64,000 nucleotides of DNA from Lapillicoccus sp. (GCF_036559105.1 NZ_DATBTV010000021.1:1689-65688); one strand, 5' to 3'; shown: positions 1 through 9,258, counted from the stretch's first letter. Numbers and translations: made by a program. Notes: generated by a model not told the origin, from the letters alone.

Positions 1-138
1 AACGACGTGGGCCTGCTGTCCGAGGAGTACGACCCGAAGGACCACCGCATGGTCGGCAACTACCCGCAGGCGTTCTCGCACCTGACCCTCATCGGCGCGG
101 CTCACGCGCTCGCTGGGGTCGCTACGGTGAAGGCATGA
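1..138 (+). CDS. 3' end of a glycoside hydrolase family 15 (glucoamylase/trehalase-like) gene, partial
   Basis: Frame 1 reads NDVGLLSEEYDPKDHRMVGNYPQAFSHLTLIGAAHALAGVATVKA-stop. LSEEYD...GNxPQAFSH..LI resembles the conserved GH15 C-terminus. The stop overlaps the next start (ATGA at 135-138). Confidence 0.6.
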   Translation, partial: NDVGLLSEEYDPKDHRMVGNYPQAFSHLTLIGAAHALAGVATVKA

Positions 139-851
139 CCGACCCGACGACGACGCCGAACATGGACTTCCGGACCCACCTCGTCGCCGTCGACCGGCAT
201 ACCGAGCTGCTCCTGGCCACCGCGCGCTCGCTCGACCCCGGCAGCATCGGGGACCCCAGCCTCTGCCCGGGGTGGACCCGTGGACACGTCCTCACGCACA
301 TCGCCCGTAACGCCGACGCACTGCTCCGGCTCGTGACCAACGCGGTGACCGGCTCGTCAGAGCCGATGTACGACAGCCCCGACGCTCGCGACGCCGACAT
401 CGAGGCCGGCGCGGGGCGCCCGCTGGCGGAGCAGGTCACCGACCTGGAGGCGAGCGCCGCGCGGTTCGCGGCGGCGTCGGCCGGGCTGACCGAGGAGATG
501 TCGACCGTTCCGCTGCTCGCCCGCAACAACACCAAGGTCAAGGCCGGCTACCTGCCGTTCATGCGGATGCGCGAGGTGGTGCTGCATCACATCGACCTCG
601 ACGCCGGGTTCTCGTTCGCGGAGGTCGACGACGAGGTGCTCCTGGCCCTCCTGCAGGACACCATCCGGCGGCTGCGCCACAACCCCGAGACCCCGTCGAT
701 GTCGATCCGCACCAACGAGGGCGATGTCTGGTCGATCGGCGACGGTCGCCCGATCGTGTCGGGGACCCGCGCCGCCGTCCTCGCGTGGCTCACCCGCGGT
801 GACGCCGCCGGCGTGGAGGGCACGCTCCCGACGATCCCCTCGCTGGGCTGA
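135..851 (+). CDS. maleylpyruvate isomerase family mycothiol-dependent enzyme (DinB/MDMPI_N fold)
   Basis: 238-aa ORF. The N-terminal segment LCPGWTRGHVLTHIARNADALLRLV is typical of the MDMPI_N/DinB_2 metal-binding fold. Confidence 0.7.
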   Translation: MTDPTTTPNMDFRTHLVAVDRHTELLLATARSLDPGSIGDPSLCPGWTRGHVLTHIARNADALLRLVTNAVTGSSEPMYDSPDARDADIEAGAGRPLAEQVTDLEASAARFAAASAGLTEEMSTVPLLARNNTKVKAGYLPFMRMREVVLHHIDLDAGFSFAEVDDEVLLALLQDTIRRLRHNPETPSMSIRTNEGDVWSIGDGRPIVSGTRAAVLAWLTRGDAAGVEGTLPTIPSLG

Positions 852-864
852 GGAGGCTTCCGGC

Positions 865-1545
865 ATGGCGAACGACGGGTATGCGGGTGCCGTCAGCCCC
901 GGCGGCCCCTCCGACGTGCGGGAGCTGCCGCGGCTGACCATCCGCAAGTGCAGCGTCTCCTCGTTCGACAACAACGCCTACCTGCTGACCTGCCGGTCCA
1001 CGGGGGCGCAGCTGCTCGTCGACGCGGCGGCCGACCCGGACCGCCTCCGCGCCCTGCTCGAGGAGGGCACCGAGCGGCTCGACGTCATCGTGACGACCCA
1101 CCAGCACCAGGACCACGTCGGTGCCCTGCGCGAGATGGCGAGGACCACCGGAGCCCGAACGGCGGCCGGTGCGGAGGACGCCGACGCGCTCCCGGTCGAC
1201 GTCGACGACCGGCTCTTCCACGGTGACACGGTCACGTTCGGCGACGTGACGCTCGACGTGGTGGCCCTGCGCGGGCACACCCCGGGGTCGGTGGCCCTGG
1301 CCTACCGCGACCCGTCCGACCCGGAGGGGTTCACACACCTCTTCACAGGCGACTCACTCTTCCCGGGTGGGGTGGGCAACACCAAGAACCCGGGCCAGAG
1401 CTTCGACTCGCTCTACCGCGACGTCACCGAGCGGGTGTTCGACGTCTACGGCGACGACACGTGGGTCTACCCGGGGCACGGCAACGACACGACCCTCGGG
1501 GTCGAGCGGCCGCACCTCGACGAATGGCGCGCCCGCGGCTGGTGA
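865..1545 (+). CDS. MBL-fold metallo-hydrolase (glyoxalase II-like)
   Basis: ATG at 865 preceded by AGGAGG (851-856). HxHxDH motif THQHQDHVG, later GHTPGS and YPGHG. Confidence 0.8.
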   Translation: MANDGYAGAVSPGGPSDVRELPRLTIRKCSVSSFDNNAYLLTCRSTGAQLLVDAAADPDRLRALLEEGTERLDVIVTTHQHQDHVGALREMARTTGARTAAGAEDADALPVDVDDRLFHGDTVTFGDVTLDVVALRGHTPGSVALAYRDPSDPEGFTHLFTGDSLFPGGVGNTKNPGQSFDSLYRDVTERVFDVYGDDTWVYPGHGNDTTLGVERPHLDEWRARGW

Positions 1546-1573
1546 CATCGCCTTGTCCCGTGGGACGTAGGGG

Positions 1574-2746
1574 TCAGCGCACGGCCGGGTAGAGGACGAG
1601 CACGCGTCGGTTCACCGCGGTTTGGCCGTCGCTGGACTGGGCAGCGAGGGGGTCGGCCGCGCCGAGACCCGCGAAGACGAGCTGAACGGGCCTGCCGGCG
1701 AGCCGGTCCCGCAGAGCCGTCGCCACCGCCGCAGCGCGCTCGGTCGACACCACGGTGTTGCGTTGTGCGGACCCGGTGTCCTCCGCGAAGCCGTGGATGA
1801 ACACGGCACCGGTCAGGTTACGCGCGACGAGTGCCGCGGCCACGGCGTCGACTTGTGCGGTCGACGAGGGCGACAGATCCGCGGAGTCCGAAGGGAACGG
1901 GATCGCCGGGCCGACGGGATCGAGGACCCTAGGCGCGCGGCCGGCACCGGCCGCAAGGATAGGGGCCGGGCCGCCGACGATGTCGGCGACGGCGTCCTGG
2001 GCCGACTGCTGGACGACGACGGGCAGGCCGGCGCTGTTACCGGGCGGAGTCAGCCGGAGCGCGATGGTGCCCGCGACCACGTCGGCAGACGAGAAGATCG
2101 ACCGCGCTCCCTGGCCGATGACGACAACGAGGATCACCACGGCGATGGCCACACCACTCCAGCGGAGGATTCGCGCCGTCCGGACCGCGTGGACTGAGTC
2201 GCGGCGCCGTGCGGGGGCGGTCTCGCCGGGGACGTGCTCCCCGGGCTCCGGGGCGGCCTCACCCGTCGCGTCCGAGGACGGCCCCGGGCCGCTCGTGAAC
2301 CGCCACCCGTCGGGATCGGAGTCCGGCCGGACCAGCTCTTCGGCGAGGAGGTCGCGGCTGCCCCAGAGGGTCAGCATCTCGAGCTGATGATCGTCGGTGA
2401 GGGCGGTCGTCATCCGGACGGACGTCCGCACCCTCCTCGCGCTCGGCTGGGTCCCGAGGAAGGGGCCGATGTGGGTCGCGGTCAGGACCCCGTCCTGAAC
2501 CCGCGCACCACCGATGATCCGACTGGATGACGGCGTCCAGGACAGCTCCATGAAGGACCGGATCAGCGCGTCCACGACGACCGCCGGGGGGTACGACGAG
2601 TAGTCGTGGTGGGATCCGGACACGACGACGGTGGCCCCGGGCGCGAAGCAGCCCAGAGCCGCCTCCCGGTCCCCACGAGCCAACGAGTCGAGCAGCCCGT
2701 CCAGCACGGCCGACGCGTCCGACATGCCACCTCCCGTCGACACCAT
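1574..2746 (-). CDS. membrane protein: N-terminal SnoaL/NTF2-like domain, one TM helix, C-terminal OmpA-C-like peptidoglycan-binding domain
   Basis: 390-aa ORF. N-terminus LDSLARGDREAALGCFAPGATVVV...is NTF2/SnoaL-like. TM segment WSGVAIAVVILVVVIG. C-terminus IHGFAEDTGSAQRNTVVSTERAAAVATAL...NRRVLVLY matches the OmpA-like pattern (GHTD..G....N..LS..RA..V....NRRV). Confidence 0.6.
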   Translation of the reverse strand: MVSTGGGMSDASAVLDGLLDSLARGDREAALGCFAPGATVVVSGSHHDYSSYPPAVVVDALIRSFMELSWTPSSSRIIGGARVQDGVLTATHIGPFLGTQPSARRVRTSVRMTTALTDDHQLEMLTLWGSRDLLAEELVRPDSDPDGWRFTSGPGPSSDATGEAAPEPGEHVPGETAPARRRDSVHAVRTARILRWSGVAIAVVILVVVIGQGARSIFSSADVVAGTIALRLTPPGNSAGLPVVVQQSAQDAVADIVGGPAPILAAGAGRAPRVLDPVGPAIPFPSDSADLSPSSTAQVDAVAAALVARNLTGAVFIHGFAEDTGSAQRNTVVSTERAAAVATALRDRLAGRPVQLVFAGLGAADPLAAQSSDGQTAVNRRVLVLYPAVR

Positions 2747-2801
2747 GACTACATTTCCATCCTCGTCATCGGTACCGGACCGATTCGGCGAAACGGGACG
2801 C

Positions 2802-3719
2802 TCACCCGCCCATGCTCAACCGTTCGGCGGCGAGCGCGCCGATGGCCGCGAAGACCGGCAGCACGCGGGTGCCGCTGTCGGGGCCGCCTATGTCCTCCGG
2901 ATCGGTCAGCCGGTCCGCCACGACGGCCACGGCGACCCAGCGGTGGTCCCGCTCCGCCAGGGCCAGGTCGGCCCGCAGGCCGGGCAGCTCCCCCGTCTTG
3001 GAGGCGGCCACCACGCCCGCCGGGAGCGCGGCGGGCAGTCCGGCCACAAACTGCTGCTCGCGCAGGATCTCGATCGCGAGCCGAGTCGCGTCAGACCCGA
3101 GCAGCCGTCCCGTACGCAGGGCGTCGAGCAGGTCGACAAGGTCCTGCGGGCAGGTCTCGTTCTCCAGACCGGCCGCGATCGAGGCGGGGTCCATCATCGG
3201 ACGCTGCAGGCGGGTATGCCGGGTCGGCACCTCCGCCAGCAGACGGCCGACCTCACCGCTCCGGAGCAGGGCCGCGTGCTCCAGGACCGCATTCGTCGCG
3301 TCGTTGTCGCTCAGCGCGATCATCAGTCGCAACGCCTCCACCAGCGGCAGCGACGTCACCGAGGGCAGCAGGCTGAGCGGCCCGCACCCGCCGACCCGGT
3401 CCTCGAACGCCGCGATGGCGACGGGGTCGTTGAGGTCGAGCCGGCCCTGCTCGACCAGCCGCAGCACGGTCACTAGGATCGGCACCTTGATGGTGCTGGC
3501 CGACCGCGAGACCCGCTCCGCGTCGAAGGACCACGTCCAGCCCCGGTCGTCCCGGGCCGCGACGCCGAGCCGCCCCGGCGACGACTCCGCCACCGCGGTC
3601 AGCCGCTCCTCCAGCGTGTCGGATGCCTCCACGCCGTGCAGTATGCCGACCCGGCGGGCCCGTCCGGACTCAGATGTCTGTCGGTTCTCCGGGCCGGTGC
3701 CCGTTTTGTCGACAAACAT
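2802..3719 (-). CDS. class A beta-lactamase-related serine hydrolase, no signal peptide
   Basis: SxxK (STIK), SDN (SDND) and KTG (SKTGE) motifs in the correct order and spacing. The start is placed at ATG 3719; the longer ORF to 3995 is Arg/Pro junk overlapping the divergent gene. A GTG (VGILHG) slightly downstream is also possible. No hydrophobic leader. Confidence 0.6.
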   Translation of the reverse strand: MFVDKTGTGPENRQTSESGRARRVGILHGVEASDTLEERLTAVAESSPGRLGVAARDDRGWTWSFDAERVSRSASTIKVPILVTVLRLVEQGRLDLNDPVAIAAFEDRVGGCGPLSLLPSVTSLPLVEALRLMIALSDNDATNAVLEHAALLRSGEVGRLLAEVPTRHTRLQRPMMDPASIAAGLENETCPQDLVDLLDALRTGRLLGSDATRLAIEILREQQFVAGLPAALPAGVVAASKTGELPGLRADLALAERDHRWVAVAVVADRLTDPEDIGGPDSGTRVLPVFAAIGALAAERLSMGG

Positions 3720-3760
3720 CTGAGTCCTGACGGGTTTCGGCGGCGTGCCAGGATGACCGG

Positions 3761-4513
3761 ATGCAGATGCGGGCGCGGGTCCCCGTGGCGACGCTCTGGG
3801 TCGCGCCGGACCGGCCGCGCCCCGTCGACCGGCCGGCGGTCGCCGACGTACCCGACGTCGTCGCCTGGTTAGCAGCGCTCGACGCACACCCGGACGACGG
3901 TGAGGACGGCAACGGGCGGCTGGGGCTGCACGGTCGGGTGCACACCCAGGTGCTCGCGGGCGAGCCGGTGACCGTGGTCGGCGACGACGCCGCATACCCG
4001 GGGTGGGTGGAGGTCGTCTGCCCGTGGCAGCCGAGCTCCCTCGACGAGCGTGGCTACCCCGGCTGGCTGCGCGAGGCCCACCTCATCGGTGACGACACCG
4101 GCGGACACGACGACGCGCCCGAGGACGAGTCCTGGGCGGCCCGTCCTGGCCCCGACGGACGCGCCGACCTGGCCCTGGCCCGGGAGCACCTCGGGCTCCC
4201 GTACCTCTGGGGTGGGACCTCGCCGCTCGGTCTCGACTGCTCCGGGCTCGTCCACCTCGTCCACCGAGAGCTGGGACGGGTGCTCCCCCGGGACGCCCAC
4301 GACCAGCAGGCGGCGACCGTACCGGTGGATGCCGCCGACGCCCACCCAGGCGACCTGTACTTCTTCGCCCGGCCCGGCGAGACGGCGCACCACGTCGGGA
4401 TCGTCACCGGCGCATACCGGATGATCCACGCCTCGGAGGCCCGCGCCATCGTCGAGGAGCCGCTCGACGAGCGGCGCCTGGCCACCCTCAGCGGTGCGGG
4501 GCGGGTCCGATGA
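3761..4513 (+). CDS. C40 family (NlpC/P60) peptidase with N-terminal SH3b-like region, no signal peptide
   Basis: Catalytic Cys in GLDCSGLVHLVH, His in HHVGIV and MIHAS. YkfC-like architecture. Confidence 0.8.
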   Translation: MQMRARVPVATLWVAPDRPRPVDRPAVADVPDVVAWLAALDAHPDDGEDGNGRLGLHGRVHTQVLAGEPVTVVGDDAAYPGWVEVVCPWQPSSLDERGYPGWLREAHLIGDDTGGHDDAPEDESWAARPGPDGRADLALAREHLGLPYLWGGTSPLGLDCSGLVHLVHRELGRVLPRDAHDQQAATVPVDAADAHPGDLYFFARPGETAHHVGIVTGAYRMIHASEARAIVEEPLDERRLATLSGAGRVR

Positions 4514-4845
4514 CCCGCGACGAGCTGCTGGCCTACTGCCTGGCCAAGCCGGGCGCGTGGTCGGACCAGCCGTGGGAGGGCGACTACGTCGCCAAGGTCG
4601 CCGACAAGATCTTCGCCTTCACCGGTGAGACGTCGATCGGGGTCAAAGCCGGGGCGAACCGTGACGAGGCCGACGAGTGGATCCGCCAGTACCCCGACGA
4701 CGCCAGCGTGATGGCCTACATCGGGCGGTCCGGCTGGAACTCCCTGCGGCTCGACGGGGCGATCCCCGACGAGGAGCTGCGGGACGCGGTGGACGCCTCG
4801 TACGAGCTGGTCGTCGCGAAGCTGCCGAAGAAGCAGCGCCCCTGA
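4510..4845 (+). CDS. MmcQ/YjbR family DNA-binding protein
   Basis: 111-aa ORF. LAKPGAWSDQPWEGDYVAKVADKIFAF is typical of YjbR. ATGA start/stop overlap with the upstream peptidase gene. Confidence 0.7.
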   Translation: MTRDELLAYCLAKPGAWSDQPWEGDYVAKVADKIFAFTGETSIGVKAGANRDEADEWIRQYPDDASVMAYIGRSGWNSLRLDGAIPDEELRDAVDASYELVVAKLPKKQRP

Positions 4846-4904
4846 CGCCTCGCGACGGTGGACGGAAGTTCGGCGCGTGACCGTCGTGTGACACGATGGT
4901 GGCG

Positions 4905-5020
4905 ACGGAGGGGAGTATCCCCGCTCGCGGTTGCCTCGTCATCACGGTGTCGCCCTTCGGGGCCGGCTCCCGGGGCGCCGGTCCGCACGGAACTCGTTCC
5001 GGCGGGCGGGAGAGACCTCC
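4905..5020 (+). promoter_or_regulatory. candidate yybP-ykoY (Mn2+) riboswitch aptamer
   Basis: GGAGG-GGAGUA at 4907-4917. The 3' partner AGAGACCUCC at 5011-5020 can close the helix (GGAGG/CCUCC). The conserved GGGGAGUA and AGACC blocks have the same layout as known Mn riboswitches. It lies directly upstream of a TerC gene, a classic context. The internal loop was not verified. Confidence 0.5.
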
Positions 5021-5063
5021 GGTCGCCTGCTCATGCATCGTGACCGGAAGGCCCTGATCAACC

Positions 5064-6059
5064 GTGGACGTCTCCGCAACCACCTGGTGGGTCACCATCG
5101 GGGTGCTCATCGTGTTCCTCGTCATCGACGTCGGCGTCATCGCACGGCGCCCGCACGTGCCGTCGATGCGGGAGTGCGCGATCGCGCTCTCGTTCTACGT
5201 CGGTGCGGCGGTGGTGTTCGGGCTCTGGGTGTGGTGGAACTCGGGCGCTCAGTACGCCGGTGAGTTCTACGCCGGCTGGCTCACCGAGTACTCGCTGTCG
5301 GTCGACAACCTTTTCGTCTTCCTGCTGATCATGCGCAAGTTCCTCGTGCCGGAGAAGCTCCAGCAGGAGGCCCTGGTCATCGGGATCGTCATCGCGATCA
5401 TCCTGCGGGGCATCTTCATCGCCCTCGGCGCCGCGGTGATCAACGAGTTCGCCTCGGTCTTCTACATCTTCGGCCTGTTCCTCATCTACACCGCGGTCAA
5501 GCTGGCCCGCGAGGGCTCGATCGAGGACGACGAGTTCAAGGAGAACCGTCTCCTCACGTGGGTGGAGAAGCGGTTCCCGGTGACGCCGGAGTTCCACGGA
5601 CCCAAGATCGCGACGCGGATCGACGGCAAGAGGATGCTCACGCCGATGTTCATCGTCATCGTGGCGCTGGGCACAACCGACCTGCTGTTCGCGCTGGACT
5701 CGATCCCGGCGATCTACGGGCTCACCAAGGAGCCGTACCTCGTCCTCACCGCGAACATCTTCGCGCTCATGGGTCTGCGACAGCTCTACTTCCTCATCGG
5801 CGGGCTGCTCGAGCGGCTGGTCTACCTCAGCATCGGGCTCGCCGTGCTGCTGGCGTTCATCGGCGTGAAGCTGATCCTGCACGCGATGCACGAGAACAAC
5901 CTTCCGTTCATCAACGGCGGCGAGCCGATCCCGGTCCCGGAGATTCCCATCGTGGTGTCGCTGGCCGCCATCGTGGTCATCCTCGGCGTGACCACGGTCG
6001 CGAGCCTGGTGAAGAGCGCCCACGACGACCGCTCGAAGCAGGCCCCGACCGGCTGCTGA
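5064..6059 (+). CDS. TerC family integral membrane protein
   Basis: 331-aa multi-TM ORF. WLTEYSLSVDNLFVFLLI and ALDSIPAIYGLT are TerC signatures. Confidence 0.85.
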   Translation: MDVSATTWWVTIGVLIVFLVIDVGVIARRPHVPSMRECAIALSFYVGAAVVFGLWVWWNSGAQYAGEFYAGWLTEYSLSVDNLFVFLLIMRKFLVPEKLQQEALVIGIVIAIILRGIFIALGAAVINEFASVFYIFGLFLIYTAVKLAREGSIEDDEFKENRLLTWVEKRFPVTPEFHGPKIATRIDGKRMLTPMFIVIVALGTTDLLFALDSIPAIYGLTKEPYLVLTANIFALMGLRQLYFLIGGLLERLVYLSIGLAVLLAFIGVKLILHAMHENNLPFINGGEPIPVPEIPIVVSLAAIVVILGVTTVASLVKSAHDDRSKQAPTGC

Positions 6060-6073
6060 GGCCCACTGTCCCT

Positions 6074-6094
6074 CGCCGAGGCCAGCTCTCGGCG
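6074..6094. terminator. hairpin between convergent genes
   Basis: CGCCGAG-gccagct-CTCGGCG, a 7-bp stem between the TerC stop and the EamA stop. Confidence 0.4.
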
Positions 6095-6096
6095 GG

Positions 6097-7026
6097 TCAG
6101 CCGGCCAGGGCGGGGCCGTCGGTCTCGTCCAGGGTGGAGCCGCGGCGGGTGGTGCCCATGACCAGGGCGCTGGCGCCGACCACCAGCGCGATGCCCAGCA
6201 GCTGGAGCCCGGTCAGCCGTTGGTCCAGCACGAGGAACCCGGCCAGCGCGGCCAGCGCCGGCTCCAGGCTCAGCAGGATCCCGAACACCCGTGAGCTCAT
6301 CCGTCGGAGCGCGAACAGCTCGAACGAGTACGGCAGCACCGACGACAGCACCGCGATGCCGAGCCCCTTGAGGAGGATCTCCGAGGTCCACAGGGGGGCC
6401 GAACCAAGCCCGAACGGGGCCACGGCCAGGCACGCGACGACCATGGCGATGGCCAAGCCGTCCAGCTGCGAGAAGGCGGCCCCGGTCCGCTTCGACAGGA
6501 TGATGTATGCCGCCCAGCAAGCCCCGGCCACGGCGGCCAGCCCCAACCCGATGAGGTCGAGCTCGGCGAAGGGGACGCTGAGGGCCTCGGAGATGAGGAC
6601 GACTCCCGCCGCCGCCCCGACCACCGCGAGGAAGTCCAGGCCGCGGCGCGAGAGGGCTACGGTGAGCACGAGCGGCCCGAGGAACTCGACCGTCACGGCC
6701 ACCCCGATCGGCAGCCGCCCGAGCGAGGCGTAGAACGACCAGTTCATCGCCCCGAGCGCCAACCCGAAGAGGACCACGGTCCCCCACGCCCGGCGGGAGT
6801 GGCCGGTCAGCCGCGGCCGCGCGACGGCCAGGAGGATCAGGGTGCCGATGAGCAGCCGCAGGGTGACCGACCCGGCGGCCCCGATCGCCGGGACGAGGGT
6901 CGCCGCGAGCGCGCCCCCGAACTGGACCGAGACGATGCCCATGAGGACGAGCAGTGGCGCCGGGACCCGGCCGAGGAGGCCCGGTCCCGGCATCGCTGGC
7001 ATACCGTCATCCAACGCCATCGCCAC
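6097..7026 (-). CDS. EamA/DMT family transporter
   Basis: 309-aa ORF with 10 predicted TM segments. Two EamA-like halves (FYASLGRLPIGVAVTVEFLGPL; LPYSFELFALRRM). Confidence 0.8.
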   Translation of the reverse strand: MAMALDDGMPAMPGPGLLGRVPAPLLVLMGIVSVQFGGALAATLVPAIGAAGSVTLRLLIGTLILLAVARPRLTGHSRRAWGTVVLFGLALGAMNWSFYASLGRLPIGVAVTVEFLGPLVLTVALSRRGLDFLAVVGAAAGVVLISEALSVPFAELDLIGLGLAAVAGACWAAYIILSKRTGAAFSQLDGLAIAMVVACLAVAPFGLGSAPLWTSEILLKGLGIAVLSSVLPYSFELFALRRMSSRVFGILLSLEPALAALAGFLVLDQRLTGLQLLGIALVVGASALVMGTTRRGSTLDETDGPALAG

Positions 7027-7056
7027 CCGGCGGGAGGTACCGCCCGCCGGGTCCGG

Positions 7057-9183
7057 TCAGGAGGTGGCGCGGGTCATCTGTCGGAGCTCCTTCTTGAGGT
7101 CGCCGAGCTCGTCCCGGAGCCGCGCGGCCAGCTCGAAGTGCAGGTCGGCCGCGGCCGCGTGCATCTGGGTGGTCAGCTCCTGGATCAGTGAGGCGAGGTC
7201 GGCCGCCGCCATGGACTCCAGCCGTCCACCGCCGGACACGTTGACGTCGACGGCCAGCGCCCCACGACCGCCCCCGCCGGTCTTCGTCGCCCGACCGCGG
7301 GACTGCGAGCGCCCGCTGCCGAGCAGCTGCTCGGTGTCGGCGTCCTCGCGGGCCAGCAGGTCCGTGATGTCGGCGATCTTCTTCCGCAGCGGCTGCGGGT
7401 CGACACCCCGCTCCTTGTTGAACGCGATCTGCTTCTCCCGCCGCCGGGAGGTCTCGTCAAGGGCCTCCCGCATCGACGGGGTGACGTTGTCGGCGTACAT
7501 GTGCACCTGCCCGCTGACGTTGCGGGCGGCGCGACCGATGGTCTGGATGAGCGACCGCGCCGAGCGCAGGAACCCCTCCTTGTCGGCGTCGAGGATGCAC
7601 ACCAGCGACACCTCGGGCAGGTCGAGGCCCTCACGGAGCAGGTTGATGCCGACGAGGACGTCGAACTCGCCGGTCCGCAGCTCCCGCAGCAGCTCCACCC
7701 GGCGCAGGGTGTCGATGTCGGAGTGGAGGTAGCGGACCCGGATCCCCTTGTCGAGCAGGTAGTCGGTGAGGTCCTCGGCCATCTTCTTGGTCAGCGTGGT
7801 GACGAGGATCCGCTCGTTGCGCCCGGTGCGCAGCGTGATCTCGTGGATGAGGTCGTCGATCTGGCCCTTCGTCGGCTTGAGCACGATCTCCGGGTCGACG
7901 AGGCCGGTCGGCCGGATGATCTGCTCCACCGGTGGGCCGGACGTCGCGGCCTTGGCCAGCTCGTAGGGGCCCGGCGTCGCCGACAGGTAGAGGGTCTGGC
8001 CGATCCGGTCGAGGAACTCCTCCCACATCAGCGGGCGGTTGTCCATCGCGCTCGGCAGCCGGAACCCGTGGTCGACGAGCATCCGCTTGCGGGACATGTC
8101 GCCCTCGTACATCGCCCCGATCTGTGGCACGGTCTGGTGCGACTCGTCGATGACCAGCAGGAAGTCGTCCGGGAAGTAGTCGATCAGGCAGTTCGGCGCG
8201 GATCCCGCCGACCGGCCGTCGATGTGCCGCGAGTAGTTCTCGATGCCGCTGCACGACCCGACCTGGCGCATCATCTCGATGTCGTAGGTCGTCCGCATCC
8301 GGAGCCGCTGCGCCTCGAGCAGCTTGCCCTGGCGCTCCAGCTCGGCCAGCCGGTCGGCCAGCTCGATCTCGATGCCCCTGATCGCCCGCTCCATGCGCTC
8401 GGGTCCGGCGACGTAGTGAGTGGCCGGGAAGACGTACATCTCGGTCTCCTCGCGGACCACCTCACCGGTGACCGGGTGGAGCGTGTAGATCCGTTCGACC
8501 TCGTCGCCGAACAGCTCGATCCGGATCGCGAGCTCCTCGTAGACCGGGATGATCTCGACGGTGTCGCCGCGGACCCGGAAGGTGCCGCGGGTGAAGGCCA
8601 GGTCGTTGCGGGTGTACTGCATCTGCACGAACTTGAGCAGCAGCTGGTCGCGGTCCATCTGCTCGCCGACCCGGAGCCGGACCATGCGGTCGACGTACTC
8701 CTGCGGCGTCCCCAGCCCGTAGATGCACGACACCGACGCCACCACGACGACGTCGCGGCGGGTCAGCAGCGAGCTGGTCGCGCTGTGCCGGAGCCGCTCG
8801 ACCTCGTCGTTGATCGACGAGTCCTTCTCGATGTAGGTGTCCGTCTGCGGGATGTAGGCCTCGGGCTGGTAGTAGTCGTAGTAGGAGACGAAGTACTCGA
8901 CCGCGTTGTTGGGCAGCAGCTCGCGGAACTCGTTGGCCAGCTGGGCCGCCAGCGTCTTGTTGGGCGCCATCACCAGCGTCGGCCGCTGGACCTGCTCGAT
9001 GACCCACGCGGTGGTCGCCGACTTGCCGGTGCCGGTCGCGCCGAGCAGCACGACGTCGTCCTCGCCGGCCTTGATCCGCCGGGAGATCTCGTCGATCGCG
9101 GTCGGCTGGTCGCCGCTCGGGGAGAACTCGGAGATCACCTCGAACGGGGCCACCGTCCGCTTGATGTCGGTCGTCGGACGCAT
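7057..9183 (-). CDS. uvrB: excinuclease ABC subunit B
   Basis: Start at ATG 9183 ([16 protein letters not shown]...). Walker A GATGTGKS, helicase motifs, C-terminal UVR domain ([10 protein letters not shown]). Confidence 0.97.
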   Translation of the reverse strand: MRPTTDIKRTVAPFEVISEFSPSGDQPTAIDEISRRIKAGEDDVVLLGATGTGKSATTAWVIEQVQRPTLVMAPNKTLAAQLANEFRELLPNNAVEYFVSYYDYYQPEAYIPQTDTYIEKDSSINDEVERLRHSATSSLLTRRDVVVVASVSCIYGLGTPQEYVDRMVRLRVGEQMDRDQLLLKFVQMQYTRNDLAFTRGTFRVRGDTVEIIPVYEELAIRIELFGDEVERIYTLHPVTGEVVREETEMYVFPATHYVAGPERMERAIRGIEIELADRLAELERQGKLLEAQRLRMRTTYDIEMMRQVGSCSGIENYSRHIDGRSAGSAPNCLIDYFPDDFLLVIDESHQTVPQIGAMYEGDMSRKRMLVDHGFRLPSAMDNRPLMWEEFLDRIGQTLYLSATPGPYELAKAATSGPPVEQIIRPTGLVDPEIVLKPTKGQIDDLIHEITLRTGRNERILVTTLTKKMAEDLTDYLLDKGIRVRYLHSDIDTLRRVELLRELRTGEFDVLVGINLLREGLDLPEVSLVCILDADKEGFLRSARSLIQTIGRAARNVSGQVHMYADNVTPSMREALDETSRRREKQIAFNKERGVDPQPLRKKIADITDLLAREDADTEQLLGSGRSQSRGRATKTGGGGRGALAVDVNVSGGGRLESMAAADLASLIQELTTQMHAAAADLHFELAARLRDELGDLKKELRQMTRATS

Positions 9184-9189
9184 ACGCCA

Positions 9190-9211
9190 ACGGTACGTCC
9201 CGGGTCCGACA
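9190..9211 (-). promoter_or_regulatory. RecA-independent DNA-damage promoter-like motif (RecA-NDp / PafBC type)
   Basis: Minus strand reads TGTCGGAC-N8-TACCGT, fitting tTGTCRgtg-N8-TAnnnT. The -10 ends 6 nt before the uvrB ATG, implying a leaderless or near-leaderless mRNA. Confidence 0.4.
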
Positions 9212-9258
9212 CGACGGCGCCCGACCCTGAACCGGCGGAAGGGTGCGGGCTCCGGTCC

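Noticed and set aside
2802-3995. A 92-codon N-terminal extension of the beta-lactamase-like ORF (MRRRRRPRSPARPRAPG...).
   Set aside because: It is Arg/Pro-rich junk overlapping the divergent NlpC/P60 gene on the other strand. The start was moved to ATG 3719.
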